From positions 930,001-994,000 of the forward strand of contig NOWV01000011.1 in NCBI GenBank assembly GCA_003344405.1: a stretch of DNA of 64,000 bases. Reading direction: 5' to 3'. The translations under genes and the position numbers were made by a program. Under the pieces are notes generated by a model that did not search any database, had not been told where the DNA came from, and saw nothing but the letters and a program-made list of their open reading frames with translations. Below, piece after piece: positions 12,454 through 25,237 of this stretch. This DNA comes from Trichoplax sp. H2. Taxonomy: Eukaryota. Position 1 is the stretch's first letter, and each line of letters opens with the position of its first letter.

Positions 12454-15292
12454 CTATGTATTGCAGCCGATCTCTTGTGGGGTGGTGGTATTTTCTTCAT
12501 TTTCTTGTAATTTTTCGGTTGTCACATCAGCTAACTCATTATTATCTAAATTACATTCAGCCTGAGATCTAGTAGACCTAAAGTTGTCTATGAGCCAATG
12601 TATTTCTTGTTGAAGAGAAGCCATTTCAACACATATATTGATGGCTGCATAATCGATTATAAAAGTAACTGATCAGTAAATGTTCTATCAAGTGCGAAAT
12701 AAAAGTCTTACTCTTAATAACGATATTACATAGGAAAGATATCGTCTAAAACTTCAAATCTAACCTTTTTCAAAGTCTTTTTGGGCGCTCCTCAAGCATG
12801 GAGGAACAAGAACACCAAACCAGTTCAGTGGATTACCAATTTGATTTGCTTTTTCTTCTTTTTTACTCATTTTCATTTTATCTAAGTCTTGTGCTAACTT
12901 ATCCACGGTTGTCTTATCACCCGATTCCCCTTTACGTCGACGTACTGTTGATTTTGTCTCTTCACCGTTCTTCGTTTTTTTATCGTCTATTCTATCGGAT
13001 ATATTGGAACGTAGTACTCGAAATTCTTCATAATTTGAATCTTTCGATGGACTATAATACAACATTTAAATGCATTCTATTCATTTCAGGAAAGTAAATT
13101 TGAGCTGTACACAGTAAAATCAGGCAATAATAGCTACCATCACAGATTTAATAAAAAGTAGTGCAAGCATGTTAGTAATGCAGTATTATTACAGTAGACT
13201 GTAGCGAAGTATTCAATTACAACAAAATAATCTTATAAATTGCATCATAATAGCATATACGGAGCAACTGCACGTGCATGGATTGTAATCATTTAATAGT
13301 CTATGCCCTTTCAGTAGCATATACGTACAAGTTATTGAACAATTTCAATGACTGTCAGCTGCTAAGCTAACAGTAATAAAACATGCTCATTTGAATAGTC
13401 CATACTGATAGTATCAAGCGTACACGTAGTGTCTATCAGGAGAACCAAGTATATTGGCGCCTAAATCTACTTACTAACGTGGACTACTCACTTTTGACAA
13501 CGAAGTAAACAGCGCTTTCTGTTCTATGGTACTAATTAGCCGCAGCGGTGATGTAATAGTTAACAAACTGCGCACATAGTATAATAAATTTTGGAACATT
13601 TTCTAGATAAAGCTCAGTGTGATATAATCATGAAGAAAACTACTTTGCCGATTAAGGATATATCGGTGATGATCTTAAGTACACCATTGCAGTATTTATA
13701 AGCAACACGCAAACTTACTCGATTACGACACGTGTAATGGCTTCCATGTCTGACGGATACTGCAAGGCAGTAACAGCTTTATTACCCATTGAATAGCGCG
13801 CCTTGGACATATTATAGAAACCCTAAAACAAGATTTTATTCTCAGAACATGATCATAACAAAGTTTGTACAACCATGTACGACTAGCCAAATAAGGGTTT
13901 ATCACTCACTACTGATATTTTGGTAGTCATAAAATTTCAATTAAATGCTAACACTAGAGTTAAGAACAATTTGTAAAAGCTGAATGGACAATGATCATGA
14001 TATTGACATTCAACTATACGCGTTTATTGGAGTTAATTTGTATAACTTATCGACCATTTCAAATACGATTACTTTATAATACTGTAAGTACAGTGCTATT
14101 GGTACAAGACAATAACTCTGTCCTCCTATGTTCATAATACCAAAGTAATGATAACGCAGCAGATTCGAGCGAGATTGGCAAAACTGATACTTTAGTACGA
14201 GTGAGTATACGAAGACATGGTGTAATTTACGGTCTATCAGAATCTGCATTTTAGTAGAACAGTCTGGGCCATGGTAAATGTATACGTAGAAAAAAGCAGC
14301 GAAGAAATTAGCAACTGCAACAATTGCCGTGAGCTAAGTGGTAGTCTTTAGTTAAATTATTTCTAAAAGAATAAAATTACAGAATAGGGTTAGCTAACTT
14401 AAGGGAATGAATTGTAAGAATATCCATCTGATCCAGTCCAAGAGACTGCCAAAGAATACAACAATAATTCAATCAATCAATCAATCTATTCAATCTCGAA
14501 TGCAGAGCGTTATACACCATTTTAAAGCTTTCACTACGTAAATACAATACATTTTAGTCTCAATATTGTAGTATTACCATTATTGCTGATATACATAGTA
14601 TCTATTCATTATCGATTGAGACTGTTGTATACTATTCATAAATCAGCAATATTTTCATCCAAGTTGAGGCAAAGTGCTTTCAACTGGACGTATTGCTGAG
14701 GTGAAAATCTCCATGTTGCATGTTGCATGTTCCTATCTAATGTTTATTAGGTCAGAATATTTGGTAGCCTGCTAGTTATTCATGCTGTTGCAATTGGTAT
14801 GTCAGGATTATAGACTAAAGTTTCAATTTTGTCGAGTGGGAATGTGTAAGCATTAACTCAACTAAACATAGGATCATATTATTATTGCACCATCAGACAG
14901 ACAAAACATCATCACAGGACATACTTTACTTATCGTGCTGCAATGAATCGTTGTTATTCTATTAATTTATAACGTTAATATCATGTCAGGGGTGATCGAT
15001 GCTTGCAAGCCATGGCTACAGCATCCAGTCATGACTACTACTAACAGTATCACTCATTTTTGAAGTGCATTTCAGCCATGGAGGTAAACATTGCCAATAC
15101 AGGATGATTCATTATCCATTGAAAATGCAAGTTCTATTTCTAGCTATTGAAAGTTCTATACTATCAGTAACAACTTGCCTCTTTTAATAAATTTTCTAAT
15201 TGGGTCCATTGCTGTATCCTTTGGTCCAATTTGTCAAATAATGTCAGCAAGGTCCGATCTAAATCGGAGGAGAGCGTGTCTGTGTCCGCCAT
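12454..15292 (-). CDS. CCDC115: V-ATPase assembly factor CCDC115/Vma22. Exons 15292-15179, 13822-13719, 13051-12765, 12644-12454
   Basis: Spliced protein MADTDTL...LENLLKE|GFYNMSKARYSMGNKAVTALQYP...NPLNWFGVLVPPCLRSAQKDFEK|AINICVEMASLQQEI carries the family motifs G(W/F)xxxxKARYxMG and PLxWFGxLVPxxLRxAQ. Confidence 0.92.
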
Positions 15293-15521
15293 ATTTTTCT
15301 GCGACGTGATGACGTATTGATTTCGACTGGCTGGTACAGTACGGTATTGTACCAGTCGATCGGTTACAGTGTACAGTCCGCTACCTCTCAATCCAACCAA
15401 ACCATAGCTGTACAGTACTGTAGATACACCCTACTGTATTGGAAAAATAGTACTTTCTACAGTACTAGTCGACTTTCTTTCTGCTAGTCCTTGGTACTGT
15501 ACTCGTACTGGTACTAATGTT

Positions 15522-15950
15522 GCATCATCCTGGTCATGGCAGAAAGATGTCATGGACTACTTGCAGAAGTGTCGATCTGAGAAAGGTTTTATTCGTAGTT
15601 CCATGACTATTTGTTGTCCACTGTACAGTGTACAATTTGTTCAATCATCTGGTCATGGACTACTGCAGAAGTGTCGATCTGAGAAAGGCTTTATTCGCAG
15701 TTCCATGACTATTTGTTGTCCACTGTACAGTGTACAATTTGTTCAATCATCTGGTCATGGCAGAAAAGATGTCATGGACTACTGCAGAAGTGTCGATCTG
15801 AGAAAGGTTTTATTCGTAGTTCCATGACTATTTGTTGTCCACTGTACAATTGTTTAATCATCTGGTCATGGCAGACAGATGTCATGGACTACTACAGAAG
15901 TGTCGATCTGAGAAAGGTTCTATTCGTAGTTCCATGACTATTTGTTGTCC
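15522..15950. repeat. Tandem repeat, ~4 copies of a ~105-120 bp unit with an internal inverted repeat
   Basis: Unit GTCATGGACTACTGCAGAAGTGTCGATCTGAGAAAGGTTTTATTCGTAGTTCCATGACTATTTGTTGTCCACTGTACAGTGTACAATTTG. ORFs 15552-15827 and 15713-15937 are repeat artefacts. Confidence 0.95.
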
Positions 15951-17142
15951 ATAAGCGCTGTACTGTCTGTCTATCCATCGACTGTTATATCCATTGGAAT
16001 GAAGAGAGGCACATGATTGTCATTTCATGGTCAGATCTAGCACATAGATATTAACAGACAGACAAGTAATCGCATTAATCATAACATGCAAGAGAATGAG
16101 TGCTTATGCTGTCTAGTACTAGTGATACAGTACTACTGTTATATCGGTTGGATGGATCTTCAACTTTCAACTCTTTAAGGTCACATCATGTCATCATCAA
16201 TTTGCATGATTTATGATGTCATCCTTGACTGCAGCATAGGCATAAGCATCGGGAAATGCAAATGAATGCCATGATCAACTAGAGTATAGGTCGAGTGGAA
16301 TCCATGTACATTGTACAGGACTGTTTAGTGTCTACCATAGCCACAGAACCAGGGACTTTTAAGAAGAGAATGTTGATTACTCCCCTCCCTAAACGCCAAA
16401 AAAGCACAAACTTAGTCCATTTCTGCTCATTCTGCTAGACTCTAATGCAGAGATCGTCCATTATACTGTCAGCTGAGTCAACATACGGTACAGTTCCAAG
16501 GAGCAATCAAATAGTCGACTGGCACATTTGGAGTCTAGGCTAAAACAACAATTTTCGGTCTGTCTCTCTTTCCCTTTTTTACTAGTACCGAATAGCTACA
16601 TAAGGCATAGTCGTAGAATGAATAAATAGACCACTGGGTGCAACATCATGGACGAATCCACTCGATACTGTAGATATGGTAGTCCTTGGCAACATACGTG
16701 CATGCAAACAAGATATATAAAGTACAGTATGTATTATACACATTATGTACAGTAAATTCGACATAGTCCACAGCAGAGTATTGGCTAAAACCCCTCAGTA
16801 CAGGACCATCATCAGCCTAATATTATCTACTCTCTGCTGCCACAACAAGTCCCAAGCCATCCTTGTTTGGATGTCTGCCATGATCATGGAGGTAAGCAAC
16901 GTTGACTAATTCATTTTCAGCTATGAATTGCACAATAAATCCATTCCATAACATAGGATAAGAGGAAGCACTCTAGACTTTGTATCCATTGATTAAAAGC
17001 ATTGAGTTAGAACTGCTTAAAAGAAGGATTATTTAGCTGCCGGTTCTTCTACGCCTGCTGAAGACTAGTCTCCTCTTCAATGAGATGCAGTGCTGCTATA
17101 TTCCAATGATTCAATCAATGTCTAATTTGATTTCTACAACAG

Positions 17143-18285
17143 AAACCTAAACGCCCAGCAATTGATATCACGGCCGTACGTGATTTGGAATCACGTGCCA
17201 ATGACATTCGGGATAACCTAAACGAAATGTTAACCAAGTTAAAATCAAATATGGATCAAGTTAGTCAACAAGCTCAGTTTGCAATCAAAATAAACCTACT
17301 CTACTTAATGAAATATCGCATTCTAAACGGTCAATTCGGTATAAATTGACATTGAACACTTCTTTTAGATATCTCAAGTAACGGTGGACGGATTAAAAAT
17401 TTATCAACATAGCGTTGACGATATCTGCGACAGCTTAGATAGAAATATTCACGTAAGTACCAAAAAATACGTCAGTGAACTGAAACTTGTGCAATCTTCG
17501 CTATCAACTGTCCATCCATGCATGAATTTGCATTGTATGGCCTGTAGTATGGGTCAATTACCACTCTTTCGGAAGTAATTTACAGCAGTTTAGCATGAAT
17601 CAATTCAAAGTCGGCCGGTTGTGTGTGTCACGAGTAGTTAATACTTGCTAAACGCAGATGTTGATCAACTTTTACTTTTATTCTGTTGCCATTAATAGAG
17701 CATGTATAACCTAATGTCAAAGTGCGACGAAATTGATCGAAATATGAATCCGTTGTATGAAATGGCTGCCGAAATGTAAGTGCATGAATCGTATGTTCAA
17801 TCTTATTTAGAAAGGAGACCATTGCCGATATAATCATCATGTATAATTCAAATGCAGATACTGGTCATGGCAAGAAATCCCGTACTTATTTATACAGAAT
17901 AGCAAATATTTCTGTGACCAATACAATTATGCACTTGCAATAACTGCTTATTACAGTACTCCAGTTGCTAAATCGAAATACCGCCAAATAGACTATATAG
18001 CATAATTCCACAAATTACATCATTTATTAATTATTATTGTTTATGATATGCTTAGCTAAAACAAATAGTTATATCATGGTACAGTAATACAGCTATATAG
18101 TCATGATATCTTATGAAATTTACCAATTTTCTCGCATCGGTAAATATGCTGCAACCGCAGTCAACGAATATTAGACTGCAAAAACAATCGGTTTCTCATT
18201 GCACAATAACAAATGTTAGCCTATTGCTTTCCATAGAAAACAATTTCAAAAAATACTAACAGAATTAGAAGCTGAATGGAAATAG
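17143..18285 (+). CDS. BORCS6: BLOC-1-related complex subunit 6 (lyspersin) conserved domain. Exons 17143-17259, 17369-17452, 17699-17775, 18237-18285; 5' exon(s) uncertain (candidate donor at 16891/16892)
   Basis: Spliced sequence KPKRPAIDITAVRDLESRANDIRDNLNEML...ISQVTVDGLKIYQHSVDDICDSLDRNIHSMYNLMSKCDEIDRNMNPLYEMAAEIKQFQKILTELEAEWK* follows the recalled BORCS6 C-terminal pattern (D..VL.DLE...Y.D.VD......D..I..MY.L...CEEL...P...LA......L..LE). Junctions are GT-AG and in frame. Confidence 0.85.
17782..18026 (+). repeat. ~245 bp dispersed direct repeat, copy 1 (in the last BORCS6 intron); copy 2 at 25238-25482
   Basis: GCATGAATCGTATGTTCA.TCTTATTTAGAAAGG.GACCATTGCCGATATAATCATCATG...CATAATTCCACAAATTAC.TCATTTA is nearly identical at both sites. 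Confidence 0.92.
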
Positions 18286-19667
18286 AATTCTTTTCAACAA
18301 GATGGATATGCTGTATCAGGTGCAATCACTAGCTGCAGTATTACTAATCAGTTTTATCAATTTAGCTAAAATATAACGAAGTCCAAATGTGATCAAAAAT
18401 CCAATGTTGGAAGTGATACAGAAGTCAGACTTGTAAATTTCTCACTTACAAACTTGTATTGTTTCATGTGCAAATCGTTTCAATCAATGCAATGTTTTAT
18501 TGCAAACGTGGAAGTAAATTCCTATCACCTGTAAATGAAACTTCTGAATATATCCAATCTTCTCTACCAAGCTAGACAACTTTATAAACCTTGTACAGTA
18601 TATCATTAGTGTATTCTATAAATGCGCCTGTAATATACTTATATAATATTCGTGCATAACGTAAACTGTATATACAGCATAAGCCTTTGTTATTCCATGG
18701 TGTATTCCTAAATTCTATCATGTAACTATTGCTCTGTTAACACATTTTGATTGTAATTGCATCATACTGGCTTGGAATAATCTCAGATACAGATCGCATA
18801 CCATTCATTCAAGCTCAGTATGGTGTAGGCTTCGATAAAAAGACCGTACGATTCATTAAGCAACACGATTACATTGAAATACTATTATTTAATTTCATAA
18901 CTGTAATAAAAATTAACTAAAAAATGAATGCAAACATAATAAATTGCACAGATTACATTCCCAGATAAACAAATAAATTTATTTTATTTCTTGACTACAC
19001 CTCTGGACAAGTTTTATAAACACAAAATTATCTAAATTTATCTTTATGAATTTAGATATATCTGTGTAAACGAAAGTATATCTAAAAATTAAAATATTCA
19101 TTGCTGGCAAGCATAAAACATGAATTTCACGAATAAAATTAGAAAGTTATGAAACAAGCTGCACCGGTTCTAGCTGTCATTTAATATATGATACTCGGCA
19201 TAGTATACAGAAAGATAGCATGAAATAAACAACATAATTATATTTGCTTCGACATGCAAGTGCATCCTGAATAAATTATTCATACAACTTTTTAGCCTAT
19301 TTAAAGAGATCCATAGATTTAAGCCTATGTGTATACATCTTAGTGTTTAGGTAGCAATTAATTATTCTTTAAAATTATTTCGTTGTTAAACTTCTATCTG
19401 ATCTATATAAACATCGATACTATTGTAAAGCCTGCCTCTTATTTATTAATTAATGGGTAGTGTTCTATTAGAAATGGAGCTTTGTAATTATCATTGTAGT
19501 ACTGTAATAAACATAACGGGTGAATACGAATGTAGCCATTTATACTTGTTAAGTGATCGATTGAAATTGCATATTTGTGCGAGATAATCTATAGCTTCTC
19601 GTTATTATAATATATCGGTACCTGTATAGTATACAGTGTAGACGTACGAATACTGGCTATCAATATT

Positions 19668-20270
19668 TTATCTATGAATAGGATGAGTGAATGCCATTCG
19701 TACTATTTGAGTAATCGGCTGAAATTCGATACCTCTCTTGCAAAATAAACGATAGCCTCTTCTATATTGTATTAAACTTGCCATCAATACTTCAGTTGTC
19801 GTTTCTTCATCAGGTTCGTTTACTTTAAGATATCTCATAGATAATATCGTAGCGATATAAACTATTGGTGTACTAGCAATAGTTGCATTTAACGATATAA
19901 ATGACCATTTGTTCGAATCCAATAAAACTGTAAATATAAACGTAACAAGTAAACATGTAGTAATTATAATATTATATAAAATTTGCCAAAGATTCAACGA
20001 TACTTCAGGAGCATAGTATCGTATATAATCGAATAGTTCTGAAGGTATTCCAATACACTCACAATCATCGATGTTATTTATTTTGTAATAGACTCGACTT
20101 AACTTAACTCGATAGTATTCGATCTTTTCATCACTTAAGTGTTGACTAATGCATGCTAGCAATTCATTTAATCCATCATTGTATCCATGATAGTAATAGA
20201 TATTATAATCGGGCGATAATGTTACTTGGACAGAATCGTCGACAGTATCATCGTGTAGTGATGCTCCCAT
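19668..20270 (-). pseudogene. 3' fragment of the uncharacterised multipass membrane family (copy G)
   Basis: Contains GIPSELFDYIRYYAPEVSLNLW and YRRGYRLFCKRGIEFQP, matching the intact copies. The 5' part is replaced by unrelated sequence. Confidence 0.85.
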
Positions 20271-20323
20271 ATTTGATTATACGGATAGCTATATTTGATA
20301 TAGTCAGGTTGCTTTGGATAGAT

Positions 20324-20730
20324 ACTAGTATAAACTCCCGTCGCTATGCTGAAGGATTACGTTGTTATAATATTACGAACTCCCGTCGCTTTGCTGATGG
20401 ATTACATTCTTATAATATTATACTTCTAGATTATTATTTTACAATAATACTTTAAACGTAACTCGGCCTTGCATCGCTACGCTGATGGATTACGTTCTAT
20501 ATACTGTACGTTAACGTTACAAAATACATTACTGTTACTATTCAGGAATTTGATTTTACCAAATTTCATTAATATTCATTCACGTTAAAAATGATGATTT
20601 GAACAGCAAAATGCATTGCATGAAGACAATACAAGTAATGAGCTGTTTATTAACATCCATTCACGTTAAAAGTGATGATTTGAACAGTATGTATAATGCA
20701 TTACATGAAGACAATAAAAGTAATGAGCCA
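20324..20730 (-). mobile_element. Helitron-like 3' terminus (hairpin plus CTAG|T) with reiterated hairpins and an internal ~80 bp duplication; 5' end not identified
   Basis: Minus strand reads CCTTCAGCATAGCGACGGGAGTTTATACTAG|T. The hairpin variant recurs at ~20380-20400 and ~20472-20490. Duplication at 20577-20643 / 20659-20729. Confidence 0.45.
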
Positions 20731-21255
20731 TTTACTCTCTTAACAACAAGAAAATTTATATTACGATTATTATTTTCAGTCAAATTAATGCGAGCGATGT
20801 AGAAAATATCATATCTATGACAGTATTCCAGTGCCATCGTAAATAACTATAATAATCATAATTACTATTAGACTCACGTACAGCAACATGGAGTAGTTTT
20901 AATGATATTATATCGCTGTAAATGTATATATATTATACAATTTTAAATCCAAGCAAACGCAGAAGCACTAGATTATACCTTCAATCACTAGCAATATTGA
21001 CATATGATTAGATGACGAAAAGATATTTGACTATATATAGTTTATCATAAGTATATGCATATTGCGAATACAATTACCGTATAATAATCTATTAATAATA
21101 ATTGGATTCGATATTATATTGTTCCCTATGTAGTAACTTTACCAGCTTCCCGTAGCGAGACTCTTCGCTTCCATTTATAAATGTTTATTTACGCCTGCAA
21201 TAATGCAACGCTGAGTAATGGAATAAAATCTATACACATTTTATCTATAGCAACT

Positions 21256-23229
21256 TTAGAATCTTAAAGGTCGAGTTGTAGCTATTCCTTCATTTTCACG
21301 AACTTCTTTAGCTATACTTGAGTAAGCGTCAAAACGGTCTAAACTTCGTTTCGTTATTGCTTCTGCTAAATTTTGTTCAACTCTATCACAACCCTAACAT
21401 GATCAATAAATTATTTTGTTATTCAAGCTCAAATAAAGTAACAACTAAAAGTTATTACCAGTTAATATTATATGCAAACCTCCATACATTCCAAGCTTTC
21501 AGAACTGAATACTACCGATTGCTTTACTTGCTCTAGATAAAACTGCAGCCATGGAGTAAATGTCAATTGTAGCATTAGCTATGCGGTTTAATATAAACTG
21601 CTGATCGATGATATCGCGACCATGTTTAAGTAGTAACTTTTCTATCGTAGCACCAAATTCTTCAACGCGTTGTGTAATCATCTTAGCACAATCGCTAAGT
21701 TCAGGTGCAGTTACTTCGAGTAGCTCTTGACTGTCAGCTATGCCTATAAGACGTTTCGATCGTTTAACACCTTGATCCCATAATGTACCCAAATTGGAGA
21801 TTGGCTGTTGTAACGCTTTCTGTAGTTCTTTCATATTCTTTCCAGCATACTGAATACCATTTAAGGCAATAAATAGGCGTAAAATATCGTTGGTACCTTC
21901 AAATATACGACAAATTCGTATATCTCTCATGAAACGTTCTACTTGATTTTCTCTCATGAATCCCATACCGGCTAATATTTGTATGCAATCGTCGCATACA
22001 TTCCAAGCTGATTCAGAACTGAATATTTTACTGATAGCAGCTTCAACTTGGAATTCTTTAATACCTCTATCCATGTTATTGCTAACAGCATAGGTGACCG
22101 ATTCGACAGCGTAATGAGAGAGACCCATTTGAGCAATTTTTTCTTGTATCGATTGATATTGGATTAAATGTTGGCCAAATTGAACTCGATTATTGGCATG
22201 TTCGATTGTCTTAGCGGTGAACATCCTCATTGCACCAGTCATGGCGGCGCCCATAGCATATCGACCTTCATTGAGTATGTGCATAGCTACTTTGAAACCC
22301 TCTCCGACTTTACCTATCACGTTCTCGACCGGTATCTTCACATTATCGAAATAGACTGCAGCCGTATTGGATGATCTTAATCCCATCTTTTTCTCTGGAG
22401 GACCGCTAGTCACACCTCCGAAATCTCTCTCTACTATAAAAGCTGTCACTGCTTGAGATTGTTGATCGGAATCGTCCTTCTTGAAAGGAACTTGAGCGAA
22501 TACAGTCATAACATCGGCTATACCACCATTGCTAATCCATATTTTGCTGCCATTCAATATATAATGCTTGCCATCGTCATCAAGGACAGCTTTGCTAAGA
22601 ATAGAATTGGCATCCGATCCAGCTGAGGGTTCGGTTAAACAGAATGCAGCAATTTTCTCACCAGTTACTAAACTTGGCAGATACTTTTGTTTTTGTTGCT
22701 CGTTACCGAAGAGTACGATGCCTTTATAACCGATGCCTTGATGACTACCCAGGAATACAGAAATGGATGCATCAAAGGATCCGATGATTTCAGTTATTCG
22801 TGCATATTGTGTTCTCTTTAATTGCATCCCACCATATTCTTGCGGAGCTAGCATACCAAGGGCACCAAGCTCTTTAAGTACTTCTATTGATTTCTTGGGC
22901 AATTTTTCATCCAGATCACATTGTGATGCATCATGAATTTCACGAAAATATTTCTCAAAAGGATCAATCATTAATTTGACAGTATCTTTGGATTCATCAT
23001 CTAATGCATCAGGGTAAGGGAATAGCTGTTGTGTATTGACCTTGCCACAATATAGCCCTAAAGCAAATGAATCATCTCCATCACGGTTTGATGATGGCTG
23101 TTCTGATAGAAGGCGTACACGATTGATTGTCATAGCATGATGATCAATTTTAATGTTATTATAACAGTAGCGTCCAATTCTAGCAGTGGAATTCACAATA
23201 AATCGAAATTGAGACATGGCTGTCGCCAT
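21256..23229 (-). CDS. ACADVL: Very-long-chain acyl-CoA dehydrogenase. One large exon (ORF stops at 21499) plus an out-of-frame terminal exon 21393-21256; possibly truncated or pseudogenising
   Basis: Motifs SFALGLYCG...LFPYP, AFCLTEPSAGSDA, NGSKIWISNGG, GPPEKKMG, IFEGTNDILRLF (catalytic Glu) and the VLCAD-specific C-terminal extension. Likely start MATAMSQ at 23229; the ORF extends to 23298. Confidence 0.9.
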
Positions 23230-24016
23230 TAACCATCGATTCTGTCTGTACTGTACTGTAATCATTCTCATCGTAAGTGCTGGAGCGGTTGTGCGCATAC
23301 GCCCGCCAGCAACTGTTGCCTATTTGTTTTCAATTTGTTAGCCATGACAGCAGTCTATCGGCTTGAAAATAACATGTAGTAATGGATAATGCATACAGTA
23401 TTTTTTGACCTCTTTCAGCTATAGTAAGACGATAATAGTATGGTATCAATTAGTATGAATTAAGATACTTTAAAGCACTAGAGGAAAGTAGATGGAGCAT
23501 GTGATGGCATCTGTCAATAAAGTTGGACTTTGACCCGACGAGAACCAGTGCCGTGCCGTAAAGGTCAAATGCTGTTGTCATGGACGACTACTGCACGGGA
23601 ATCAATCAATTGATTGATAGCTATCGTTACTGGTAAAACTTTGAACTTTAAATTGGATTCGTTTCGCCAATAAATAAATTGGAGAAATGAACATGTCTTC
23701 ACGTAAATGAATTGTCTATCGGTAGTGAGAATAAATTGTGGACGTTACGAGTAAATCAGTAACATGACAACGAAGCAGGAGCGAATCTTGCTTATACTAA
23801 CAGCCGGCACGATACAGTAGTTCAACCTCTAGCGCTTTTTTGCTACAGTATGCTATGCCAATATTATTTGGAGCAATCAAGGCTTCAGTTACTTCCTGTC
23901 TTAGGATTAGCTTAGGGCTAGGTAAGCTATCTCAATATAGCAAGAATTGCTTCAATACTGCGATCAAGTGGACCTAGCAATTGCGGGGGGAATATTTCAA
24001 GTGTGTTCCAGATCTA

Positions 24017-24663
24017 CTAGTATTTGGAAACACATTTTGCAAATTTAGACAGCTCAAAAAATTTCCAATACATCTTGTTACCAGGAACAGGTTCATTTGT
24101 TTGCACAACCATTGGTACGACATCGATTTCAAATAAATTTTGATCTACCAGTGCTGTGTTACCCGCGAAGATGTTATTTTTGCTGATGACAATAATATAT
24201 ATTTGAAGTACGCTTTTGTGGTATTTTTTTTCACCTCCTTCTGTTACCTGTCCCGTCCCGAGATTAATTTACTCATGTATACTTGTTGACGGGCTAAAAA
24301 GTAATCTTTCTTTTGCTCTTGCATTTCAATTGCTATTTTTTGTTTCCCTTTATTTGTACATAAGATATCAATATTATATCTTATACTTGATTGTCTTTTG
24401 TTACCAGAATAATGCACTGTTTGTAGTTGGCCAGAAATGATCTCGACCTGCATAATTTCTTGATCATCTTTGAATCCTAATAAGCTATTCCATAAACTAA
24501 TTAACATCTTCCTTCCTACGTTCACCAAATAATATTCGAAGGCTAAATCATCCTTTAGATCGGTAAAAACTCTCGTGTCCAAATTTTTTTGAATCAGCTC
24601 TATTCTCGCTCTTTTACGATCCACAACCACGTAGAATTTTACACCATCAATTAGATAGCTCAT
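24017..24663 (-). pseudogene. Bacterial-type Rpn/YhgA-like PD-(D/E)XK nuclease family transposase (PDDEXK_2-like), frameshifted
   Basis: Motifs DLKDDLAF, LISLWNSLL, IDILC.......IAIEMQ, YFLARQQVYMSKL. After removing a 5-bp duplication at 24251-24260 the frame continues GQVTEGGEKKY...IYIIVI...WKFFELSKF. No introns. Confidence 0.8.
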
Positions 24664-25237
24664 AAAGTAGAAAATGAAGTGGATTCAACTTAGTTCTATA
24701 GCAGCAATTGTACAACACTGGTATCTAGTGTGATCGTGCCACCACAAACATATTACCAGATCTGGGTATCGTTATGACGCTGTCACATCGTCAGCATAAG
24801 TTATAGATCCTGCTGTCTGACATTTTCATATTACAAGCTTGTAATTAAATCTTGTAATAAGGTCCTGTTTTCTATCATCGCAAAATACCTAACCTTTATT
24901 ATTTACAGGCTCACTGATGTAGATTCACGGCTATTTACACACCTTTGAATTCAAAATTTTCACAACTATTGAAAGCATATTTTGCAGTCTCTATTACAGA
25001 GATTACTATTACGTTTTCTTTACTAATACAATAATAATATTGACAACATTTTTCAGTCAAATAACTATATAACACTATAAAGCGCATTTATTAACAGTAA
25101 TTGCTGTTACATTTTCTTCAATAATACAACGGCAATAGTTACAAATTATTTACAGTTAATAATGTTAATCAACAATTAGCTAACGTGATAGAGTGAGAAG
25201 CTATCACAATTTCAAGTCTGCGATAAAGAAAAGTACC

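Noticed and set aside
15522-15950. CRISPR-like appearance of palindromic repeats (also 500-1380 and 56669-57386)
   Set aside because: Whole units repeat with no unique spacers, there are no cas genes, and the context is eukaryotic.
21496-21501. TGA in ACADVL as selenocysteine or readthrough
   Set aside because: Readthrough does not restore frame with the terminal exon; indels are required.
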